A stretch of 46,849 bases of DNA from an uncultured Gammaproteobacteria bacterium (GTDB taxonomy: Bacteria > Patescibacteriota > Patescibacteriia > Patescibacteriales > JAGXOH01), in the NCBI GenBank assembly GCA_964585585.1, contig CAZPEL010000001.1:1-46849 (forward strand). Reading direction: 5' to 3'. The position numbers and the translations under genes were made by a program. The notes under the pieces were generated by a model that searched no databases, had not been told where the DNA came from, and saw only the letters and a program-made list of their open reading frames with translations. This document shows, one piece after another, positions 25,353 to 32,616 of this stretch; positions within the stretch are counted from its first letter, which is position 1; the number at the start of each line of letters is the position of its first letter.

Positions 25353-25381
25353 ATAATAACACCGGAATCGGGGCCTGTCAA
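25353..25381 (-). promoter_or_regulatory. Sigma-70-like promoter for the recombinase cassette
   Basis: On the minus strand: TTGACA (25381-25376), 17-nt spacer, TATTAT (25358-25353). Confidence 0.45.
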
Positions 25382-25392
25382 ACCCTTCCCCG

Positions 25393-25545
25393 TTATTTTA
25401 ATAAGGCGCGATATGAAGTCCCATGATATTGATCTCCGGCACGAATAAAAGAATTATTTTTAAGATCAATAAGAAGAATCCTATGACCACTAAGCAAAAA
25501 ATTATGACTGCCAAGAAAAAAACCGTTTTAAATAATTTTTCCATA
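25393..25545 (-). CDS. Possible 50-aa small protein downstream of ftsQ
   Basis: Hand-translated as MEKLFKTVFFLGSHNFLLSGHRILLIDLKNNSFIRAGDQYHGTSYRALLK*. It starts 10 nt after the ftsQ stop and is below the track cutoff. Confidence 0.25.
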
Positions 25546-25555
25546 TGTCCTTGAT

Positions 25556-26413
25556 TTATTTATAAAATATTCTATCCCCGTATTTTAAAATTATATATTC
25601 TTTGTTCAAAAAATCGTCCTTTAATTCGTTTCTTTTCAATAGCAAAAGTTTTTTTATCTGTTGGGTCGGTTCAGCTTCCATATTCAGATAGATCATAGGG
25701 CCCTGTTGGATCTGCATTTTTATGGTATTTTTATCCACTTCTTCCATATCAGGGATCTGATTGTCCAGAATAAAATTCTTTATTTTTATTTCCGAGTCCT
25801 TTTGTTCTAAGGACTGGTAGAGTTCGGTGATATAGGAAATATAGTCCCTTTTAACATAAGACCTATCTCCGGAGATCTTGTTGTTGTCGCCAATATTTTT
25901 TATCAAAGGCACTTTTCGGTCCTTGATGTCTTTTTGCGCCCTGATGATATAATTTTGCCCATCTATTTCATAATATTTGTCCCGTTCTTGCAATATATAG
26001 GCACATTGGCTTTCTCGGACCTTAATGATCAGTTTGTTGGGGATCTTTTTGTTTATTTTGACCTCCGGGAAGTGGTATTTATTTTTCAGGTCCCCTATTA
26101 ATTTGTCTTTGTGGAAAAGAAATAAATTTCTTTGGGACAAAACTACCAGTTCCGGAGTTTTGCTTTGTTGCCAAGCTTTTTTTCTGATATTTTCCTCCGG
26201 GGTTCGCGAGGCCCCTTTTACCTCTATTTTGTCTATATTCCAGAATCCGGAAAAAAACAACCACCACCCTACTCCGCAGATCAGGGCTATTAACAACAGG
26301 ACTAAAAACAGCTTTTTCCAGTTGATATGGCGTTTTTTCTTTTTTTTCTTTATAAAAGGATTTTTGATGTCCTGTTTATGTTTGTGGTAATCCTTTATCC
26401 TTTTGTTTCCCAT
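25556..26413 (-). CDS. ftsQ: FtsQ/DivIB-like cell-division protein (POTRA)
   Basis: Lys-rich N-terminus and a single TM helix. It has FWNIDKIEVKG...PEVKINKKIPNKLIIKVRE, a POTRA pattern. Confidence 0.65.
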   Translation of the reverse strand: MGNKRIKDYHKHKQDIKNPFIKKKKKKRHINWKKLFLVLLLIALICGVGWWLFFSGFWNIDKIEVKGASRTPEENIRKKAWQQSKTPELVVLSQRNLFLFHKDKLIGDLKNKYHFPEVKINKKIPNKLIIKVRESQCAYILQERDKYYEIDGQNYIIRAQKDIKDRKVPLIKNIGDNNKISGDRSYVKRDYISYITELYQSLEQKDSEIKIKNFILDNQIPDMEEVDKNTIKMQIQQGPMIYLNMEAEPTQQIKKLLLLKRNELKDDFLNKEYIILKYGDRIFYK

Positions 26414-27155
26414 GTTTATCTTCTAATACCTTTTTTATTATTAAACCGATCACAAAGGCATAGATATGGTGTTGCCCGAATTTGGGTATTTGATATTCCT
26501 TGATCTCGCCTTGAAGATCGAGTTTTAGGATCTGTCCGGTACGGATCTTTTCCGCGTCGGTTATTCGGGCTTGGGCTTCTTGGTCTTGGCCATAATATAT
26601 AACTTTTTGGGGTTTGTTTTCCCCGATCTTTTTGACTCGGTAATTATCGGCATTAAGGATCAGGGTGCCGTTCTTCCGAGTTTTTCGGGCCAATATTTCG
26701 TATTCCCGGACCAATTCGTCCATATCGGCAAAGCCCTCTTTGTATCTTTGGGTTATGTCGGTTATTATGCTTATTTGCGGCTTGATCATGGATAGTAAGT
26801 ATTCCATATCGCCCTCGTCCGAGGTGCCCAGGCCCAAGATCAAGTATTCGGGAAAATCTTTTTGAAAAATTCTTAAAGGGGCTTTTAAGATGATAGGCAG
26901 CCACTTCCTGTATTCATTGTATCCGCTTTCCAGGTAAAGAATGGCCAAGGGCAAACCGATCTCGGTGTTGAAGTTTTTGGGGTTGGCTCTGGCCGATACC
27001 CCTAATTCCTGTAGCCGGGCCTTGACCTCTTTTTTAACAAAATTTTTATTAGTGCTTCCGGCCACTCCGATCACTAAGGGGCGATGGATCTGAATGACTA
27101 ATTTGGTGATCAGTTTTAGATAATATTTAAGAAAGATCTTGAAAAAAGATTTCAT
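26376..27155 (-). CDS. Truncated MurF-like Mur-ligase homolog with a degenerate P-loop
   Basis: NFNTEIGLPLAIL and LGLGTSDEGDMEYLLSMIKPQISIITDI match the MurF central domain. Where GSNGKTT is expected the sequence reads GSTNKNF. There is no N-terminal or C-terminal Mur domain. It overlaps ftsQ by 38 nt. Confidence 0.6.
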   Translation of the reverse strand: MKSFFKIFLKYYLKLITKLVIQIHRPLVIGVAGSTNKNFVKKEVKARLQELGVSARANPKNFNTEIGLPLAILYLESGYNEYRKWLPIILKAPLRIFQKDFPEYLILGLGTSDEGDMEYLLSMIKPQISIITDITQRYKEGFADMDELVREYEILARKTRKNGTLILNADNYRVKKIGENKPQKVIYYGQDQEAQARITDAEKIRTGQILKLDLQGEIKEYQIPKFGQHHIYAFVIGLIIKKVLEDKHGKQKDKGLPQT

Positions 27156-27164
27156 AATGTAATA

Positions 27165-28376
27165 TTATTTTAAAAATTTTTCCATTCTATCAAAGGCCTG
27201 ATCAATGTCATTTTCTTGGCGGCCAAAACTCATCCGTATATGACCCTCGCCATTGGGACCAAAGGCCACTCCCGGAACCACGGCCACCTGGGCCTTTCGC
27301 AGGAGCCAAAAAGCAAAACGCCACGAATCCGGTCTCCCCTGCTCTGTTAGCAAGGGGCCGTGGCCATCTTCTAACTTTTTAGCTAATTTTAGTGATATTT
27401 TTGGAAAAATATAATAGGCGCTGTCCGGAGTCACGAAGTCAAATGCCTCTTTCAACCGCTGCAGTCTATGGCAGATCAGATCCCTTCTTTGTTTGTATTT
27501 GTGGCTGAATTTGGCAATATTTTCCTCACCTATCTCCAGGGCTCCCATGGCCCCGTATTGGGATATAACCGGAGCGCAGGTGACCAGACTGTCGTGGACT
27601 TTGATTATTTCCTGAACATTCCTTTCGTCGCTATGCAGGTAAGCTATTCTCCAACCGGTCATGGCAAAGGCCTTGGAAAAAGAGAATATCCGGATCAATC
27701 TTTGCCTTAATTCCGGGACTTGGGCCAAGGAAAAGAATTCCTTTTGGTCGTAGATAAAGTCCTTATAAACCTCGTCGGATATGAGGAAAAGATCATTTTG
27801 TTCGGCCAAATCGGCTAACTCCAGCAGTTGTTCCTTGGTGTATATGGTACCGGTGGGATTATTGGGGTTGCAGTAAAAAATGGCCTTGGTTTTAGGGGTA
27901 ATGGCCTGTTTGTATTTTTCTATTTCCAAAGCCCAGCCCCGGTCTTCCCGGAGAGGAACAAACACCGGCTTGCAGCCGGCCAGGTTTATTACTTCCCGAT
28001 AACTGGTATAAGTGGGTTCCGGTATTATAACTTCATCTCCGGGGTCGGTAATGGCCATTATAGTGGCGGTGATACCTTCAATAGAACCGGCTGTGACCAA
28101 AATTTCTTTTTCCCAATCATAATACATATCCTCCTTTTCCAGGGACTCCTCTATAAGTTCTCTTAATTCCGGCAATCCCGGAGAAAGGGAATATTTGGCC
28201 ACCACCCCCCTTTTTAGGGCTTTTTCCACCCTTCTTTTGATGAACTCCGGAGTGTCAAAATCCGGGATTCCCTGGGCCAGAGAAATGGCATCCGGATATT
28301 TGGATGCCTCTAATTCTATTTGTTTGATTATGGATAATTTAATATCCTTGGTCCGATTGAACATACTTTTAGACAC
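27165..28376 (-). CDS. Class I/II PLP-dependent aminotransferase
   Basis: Motifs ISLAQGIPDF, CNPNNPTG and SFSKAFAMTGWRIAY. Confidence 0.85.
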   Translation of the reverse strand: MSKSMFNRTKDIKLSIIKQIELEASKYPDAISLAQGIPDFDTPEFIKRRVEKALKRGVVAKYSLSPGLPELRELIEESLEKEDMYYDWEKEILVTAGSIEGITATIMAITDPGDEVIIPEPTYTSYREVINLAGCKPVFVPLREDRGWALEIEKYKQAITPKTKAIFYCNPNNPTGTIYTKEQLLELADLAEQNDLFLISDEVYKDFIYDQKEFFSLAQVPELRQRLIRIFSFSKAFAMTGWRIAYLHSDERNVQEIIKVHDSLVTCAPVISQYGAMGALEIGEENIAKFSHKYKQRRDLICHRLQRLKEAFDFVTPDSAYYIFPKISLKLAKKLEDGHGPLLTEQGRPDSWRFAFWLLRKAQVAVVPGVAFGPNGEGHIRMSFGRQENDIDQAFDRMEKFLK

Positions 28377-28450
28377 CTCCCTCTCTCGGGAAACCCCTCC
28401 GTAAAACCAGGGCTATTTGGGGGTATTTCATAGTGGTAATTAATGATCTT

Positions 28451-28490
28451 AGAGCCCTTCTTTAAAGATTTTTAAGTAAAGAAGGGCTCT
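28451..28490. other. Perfect 14-bp stem-loop
   Basis: agagcccttcttta / taaagaagggctct with a 12-nt loop. No flanking U-run on either strand. Confidence 0.5.
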
Positions 28491-28496
28491 GAGGGT

Positions 28497-28631
28497 TTAG
28501 AAAACGGGGGCAATGAACACCTGGAACAGGTATTCCATGTAATTAAGGGCTTCGCCGAGCATTAACAAGAAAAAAAAGACATGAACAACAATGCTTCCGA
28601 AGATACCTACAAAAATGTCGGAAATTTTCAT
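28497..28631 (-). CDS. 44-aa hydrophobic small protein
   Basis: Hand-translated as MKISDIFVGIFGSIVVHVFFFLLMLGEALNYMEYLFQVFIAPVF*. AGGAGGG lies 4 nt upstream. It starts 12 nt after the serS stop. Confidence 0.45.
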   Translation of the reverse strand: MKISDIFVGIFGSIVVHVFFFLLMLGEALNYMEYLFQVFIAPVF

Positions 28632-28643
28632 TTTTCCCTCCTG

Positions 28644-29963
28644 TTATTTTTGGGGTGAAATAACCTCCTGGTTTCCGGGGAAATATTTTCTTAATATTTC
28701 CGGTATTTCTATACTGCCGTCTTTTTTTTGGTAGTTTTCCAAAATGGAGATGAGAATTCTGGGGCTGGCTATGGCTGTGTTGTTCAACATATAAACATAT
28801 TTTTTCTCTTTTTGTTCGTTTTGGTATTTAACATTCAATCTCCTGGCTTGCCAGTCCGTACAATTAGAGGCCGATCCGGTTTCTCCATAGCCGCCCCGGC
28901 TGGGCATCCAGGCCTCTATGTCGAACATTTTGTATTTTTGAGTTCCCATATCCCCGGTGCAAATTTGCAGCCACCGGTAAGGCAGGCCCAGATCTTGATG
29001 CAACTCAGTGGACACCTCCATTATTTCTTGGTGGTATTTTTCCGCAACTTCAATATCAGCCGGGGCCAGGATCACTTGTTCCACTTTCATAAATTCATGG
29101 ATCCGATAGATCCCCTTGGTATCCTTGCCGTAACTGCCGATCTCGCTTCGATAACAAGGAGAAAAACCGCAGAATTTTACAGGTAGATCTTTTTCTTCCA
29201 GAACCTCATCGGCATAATAAGCCAACAAGGAGGGCTCGGCTGTCCCGATCAAGAATTTATCCTCTTTTTTTACGGATCCGTCCGAGAGAACTTCGTCATT
29301 GGCTATTTTATAGATCTCATCTACATTAGAGTCGTATTCCCGGCCGGAGAAGAATCCGCTACCGAATAAGGGAAAGGATTTGACCAAAGTGGGCGGAATA
29401 ATAGGGACAAAGCCCTTGGCCATTAATTTGGACAAAGCATGCATCATCAAGCCCATTTGGAGTATTACAGCTTCATTTTTCAGATAATACCCCCTGTAGC
29501 CGGCCACTTTCACTCCCCTGTCCAGGTCCAGAAGGTCCAGGTCTCGCCCCAGTTGGATATGGTCCTTGGGTTTAAAGTTAAATTCAGTTGGTTCTCCGTG
29601 CCTTTTCACTTCCACATTTTCACTATCATCTTTTCCTATCGGAGTATCTTTTGAGGGAATAACCGGAACTTTGACCATTAAAGATTCCCTTTCTTGTTCG
29701 ATGTTTTTGTATTCTTCTTCCAATTCCTGTATTTTTTGTTTCAGTTCCTTGCCTTTCTGGATCTGTTCCTCTGAAGGTTTTTCCCCCTGTCCGCTTTGGG
29801 CGGTCTTTTTTCTTTGCGACCTCAATTCGTCCAGCTGTCCCTGTAAGTTTCTTTTTTCTTCATCCAATTGCAATAGTCGATCAATATCAACATCTATCCC
29901 TTTGTTTTGGGCCGCCTCCTTGATCTGCTCCGCGTTGTCGCGAATGTATTTTATATCCAGCAT
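28644..29963 (-). CDS. serS: Seryl-tRNA synthetase
   Basis: N-terminal coiled-coil arm, plus class II motifs (FCGFSPCYRSEIGS, GSASNCTDWQARR). Confidence 0.97.
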   Translation of the reverse strand: MLDIKYIRDNAEQIKEAAQNKGIDVDIDRLLQLDEEKRNLQGQLDELRSQRKKTAQSGQGEKPSEEQIQKGKELKQKIQELEEEYKNIEQERESLMVKVPVIPSKDTPIGKDDSENVEVKRHGEPTEFNFKPKDHIQLGRDLDLLDLDRGVKVAGYRGYYLKNEAVILQMGLMMHALSKLMAKGFVPIIPPTLVKSFPLFGSGFFSGREYDSNVDEIYKIANDEVLSDGSVKKEDKFLIGTAEPSLLAYYADEVLEEKDLPVKFCGFSPCYRSEIGSYGKDTKGIYRIHEFMKVEQVILAPADIEVAEKYHQEIMEVSTELHQDLGLPYRWLQICTGDMGTQKYKMFDIEAWMPSRGGYGETGSASNCTDWQARRLNVKYQNEQKEKKYVYMLNNTAIASPRILISILENYQKKDGSIEIPEILRKYFPGNQEVISPQK

Positions 29964-30072
29964 ATAGTTTTTATTAGAATTTAGAATTTAGATGTTTGAA
30001 TTTAGAAGAAGTAAAATTTACCCCGTTTCGGGGAGGAAAATTTGGAGTATTTGATTTGGAATTTTATTTTGG

Positions 30073-30471
30073 TCATGAAATAAGATTTAGTTTTTGAAAC
30101 CAATGTTTCCAGACCGGTTCCAGTTCCAGGTCTTTGAGCTTTTCCGGCGGGATCCAGGCAATGGTCTTGGCCTCTTTATCCTCGGTCTTTACTTTCCCTA
30201 TCCAGGATTTGGCCTCGTAAACATGCCAGTAATGGCCTTTTACTCCTTGGGCGCATTCGTTCCAATCCACGAATTCTTGGATCAGTTTATGGATCTCTTG
30301 GGTTTGGAGACCGGTCTCCTCTTCTACTTCCCGTTGAGCGGCTCGTTCCGGCCCTTCGCCTTGGTCTATGTGTCCGGACGGACAAGCCCAGCCGTAAGGG
30401 TAGTTCTTGCGGTCAAGCATCAGTATCTCCCCTTTTTGATTTTTTATAATTATCCCGACACTTTGGTGCAT
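30073..30471 (-). CDS. NUDIX hydrolase
   Basis: Nudix box GHIDQGEGPERAAQREVEEETGL. Confidence 0.9.
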   Translation of the reverse strand: MHQSVGIIIKNQKGEILMLDRKNYPYGWACPSGHIDQGEGPERAAQREVEEETGLQTQEIHKLIQEFVDWNECAQGVKGHYWHVYEAKSWIGKVKTEDKEAKTIAWIPPEKLKDLELEPVWKHWFQKLNLIS

Positions 30472-30477
30472 GGAATT

Positions 30478-31965
30478 TTATTTATCCTCTTTGGGCTTCA
30501 TTAAAGGAAAGATCTGGGCCTCCCTGCCGCTTATATTCATCAGGAAGGAAAAGACCCTTTCGCTCATACCAAAACCGCAGGTCGGAGGCATGCCATACTC
30601 CAGCGCCTCCACAAAATCATGGTCATACATTTGGGCTTCCTCATCTCCTTCTTCCCGTAACTTTTGTTGCTGGGCGAAGCGCTGCGCCTGGTCCACCGGA
30701 TCATTCAATTCGGTATAGCCATTACCCAATTCACTTCCGGCTATTATGGGTTGGAAACGTTGGGTCAGTTGAGGTCTTTCCGGATCTTCTTTAGCCAGGG
30801 GCGACACCACTTTGGGTACTCCCACTAAAAATCCGGGGCCGGCTATTTGTTTCCGGCAATATTTCCAAAGATTGTCAATGGCCCGGGTGATATTGAATCC
30901 CTTCTCGTCGTATTCCACTCCCAACTCATTCAATTTGTCTTTTATTTCCTTTTCATTGGTGTTTAAGATGTCGATCCCGGTATGGTTCTTAACTGTCTCT
31001 TGGTAGTCATAACGCTCCCATTTTTTCCCCAGATCCACTTCAAATCCCCGGATATTGAATTTCAGGGTGCCGAAGGTTTCTTGGGCCACATGTTTAAAAA
31101 GCTCTTCCACCAATTTTATGCCGTCTTCATAGTCGGCATAAGCCCAGTAGAATTCCATTTGGGTGTAGTCTTGCAAGTGTTCGGCATCCATGCCTTCATT
31201 CCGGAATTGTCGGCCGATCTCAAAGGTTTTTTCCAGGCCGGCTACCATTAACCTTTTTTGCCACAGTTCCCCCATGGATATCCTTAGGTAAACATCCAGG
31301 TCCATAGCGTTGTGGTGGGTGATAAAGGGCTGAGCGTCCGCTCCTCCGGTGGTGACTTCCAGTACCGGGGTTTCCACTTCCAGAAAGCCCTTGTCTACCA
31401 TAAAATCCCGGACCGCCTTCCAGAATTCTCCTCTTTTTTTGATCATATCCTTGATCTCGGGGTTTATCAGTATGTCCAGGTATCTTTTTCGCAATTTTTC
31501 CTCTTCATCTTTGAGTCCGTGCCATTTTTCCGGCAAGGGACGAACGGCTTTGGCCAAAAGTTTCCATTCCGAGACCATTATGCTTTTTTCTCCTTTGTGG
31601 GTGACAAAGCAGTTGCCGGAAACTTGGACAAAATCGCCCATGTCCACCATTTTACTCAAGGTTTTGTAGCTATCAGCCCCAATGTTTTTTTTGGAGAAAG
31701 CCAGTTGGATCTGGCCCTGGTCGTCCTGTAATTGGGCAAAACTAAGATTACCGTGGCTTCTTTTACTCCTGAGTCGGCCGGCCAGGGTCACGGTTTTCTC
31801 TTTTTTCTCCAAATCTTGAAAATTATTTAAGATCTCTTGGGATAAATGAGTTCTTTTCGTTTGGGAGGGGTAGGGATCGATATCGGCTTTTTTCAATTCC
31901 TCCAATTTTCTAAGGCGGTCCTGACGCTCCCCGGTGGTATCCGCGTCTTTATGTTCCTGACTCAT
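30478..31965 (-). CDS. lysS: Lysyl-tRNA synthetase, class II
   Basis: OB-fold N-domain. Motifs FRNEGMDAEHLQDYTQMEFY and GFGMSERV. Confidence 0.97.
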   Translation of the reverse strand: MSQEHKDADTTGERQDRLRKLEELKKADIDPYPSQTKRTHLSQEILNNFQDLEKKEKTVTLAGRLRSKRSHGNLSFAQLQDDQGQIQLAFSKKNIGADSYKTLSKMVDMGDFVQVSGNCFVTHKGEKSIMVSEWKLLAKAVRPLPEKWHGLKDEEEKLRKRYLDILINPEIKDMIKKRGEFWKAVRDFMVDKGFLEVETPVLEVTTGGADAQPFITHHNAMDLDVYLRISMGELWQKRLMVAGLEKTFEIGRQFRNEGMDAEHLQDYTQMEFYWAYADYEDGIKLVEELFKHVAQETFGTLKFNIRGFEVDLGKKWERYDYQETVKNHTGIDILNTNEKEIKDKLNELGVEYDEKGFNITRAIDNLWKYCRKQIAGPGFLVGVPKVVSPLAKEDPERPQLTQRFQPIIAGSELGNGYTELNDPVDQAQRFAQQQKLREEGDEEAQMYDHDFVEALEYGMPPTCGFGMSERVFSFLMNISGREAQIFPLMKPKEDK

Positions 31966-32020
31966 ATAAGATGGGTTATTTCTTAGATGTTTTTATTTTA
32001 CTGGATTGCTGGGGGATTGT

Positions 32021-32056
32021 CAAAACTAAATATCGCCCTTTTGGGGCGATATTTAG
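32021..32056 (-). terminator. Terminator after greA
   Basis: ctaaatatcgccc / gggcgatatttag stem, followed on the minus strand by GTTTT. Confidence 0.55.
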
Positions 32057-32060
32057 GTAA

Positions 32061-32522
32061 TTATTTGATCTCTTTTATTTTGTATTCTTTTTTTCCTTTA
32101 GGGGTACTTATGGTTATGTCGTCCCCTTTTTTCTTATCCAGGAGGGCTGTACCTATGGGAGATTCATTGGATATTTTGCCTTGGGCCGGATCCACCTCAT
32201 TAAAACTGACAATAGAATAGGTTTTTTCCTTTTTACCATCGGTTATGGTAACAGTAGAACCCATAGAAACCTTGTTTTTGGAGTTGTTGTTCTCTACCAC
32301 CCGGACATTTTTTAAAAGGTTGTTTATTTCCGCGATTCTTCCCTCGTTGAAGGCCTGGGCGTCCTTGGCTTCGTGATATTCGGCATTCTCGCTTAAGTCG
32401 CCCAGTTCTTTGGCTTTTTCGATCCTGCTCGCGATCTCTTTTCTTTTGACATTGACCAAATGGTCTAATTCGTCCTGTAATTTTTTATAACCTTCCGGGG
32501 AAATGATTTGTTCTTCACTCAT
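32061..32522 (-). CDS. greA: Transcription elongation factor GreA
   Basis: Motifs EGYKKLQDELDHL and GDLSENAEYHEAKD, plus the C-terminal FKBP-like fold motif SNESPIGTALL. Confidence 0.95.
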   Translation of the reverse strand: MSEEQIISPEGYKKLQDELDHLVNVKRKEIASRIEKAKELGDLSENAEYHEAKDAQAFNEGRIAEINNLLKNVRVVENNNSKNKVSMGSTVTITDGKKEKTYSIVSFNEVDPAQGKISNESPIGTALLDKKKGDDITISTPKGKKEYKIKEIK

Positions 32523-32616
32523 AATTTTTTTAAAACATTAATTTTAAAACATTAATATAAAATATACCTTAAACTTAATATGGGTGCAATATTTATAAAG
32601 TATTTTGAGCTTGAGG

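Larger units (their letters stand above)
23011..25381 (-). mobile_element. Possible integrative/recombination module (three coupled genes with their own promoter, AT-rich)
   Basis: See the three CDS and the promoter below. GC drops to 17-27% in hand-counted 60-nt lines, against about 50% in the adjacent M23 gene. No terminal repeats were identified, so mobility is unproven. Confidence 0.3.

Noticed and set aside
29976-30008. Three copies of gaatttag upstream of serS, considered as a possible mini-array or CRISPR-like repeat.
   Set aside because: It is far too short (8-nt units, three copies, no spacers). It is probably AT-rich promoter or UP-element sequence.
29964-30072. A T-box leader upstream of serS (and likewise upstream of lysS, 31966-32060).
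   Set aside because: The upstream regions are only about 100 nt. They lack the specifier-loop/antiterminator architecture and the conserved T-box 14-mer, and the hairpins present are the terminators of the preceding genes.
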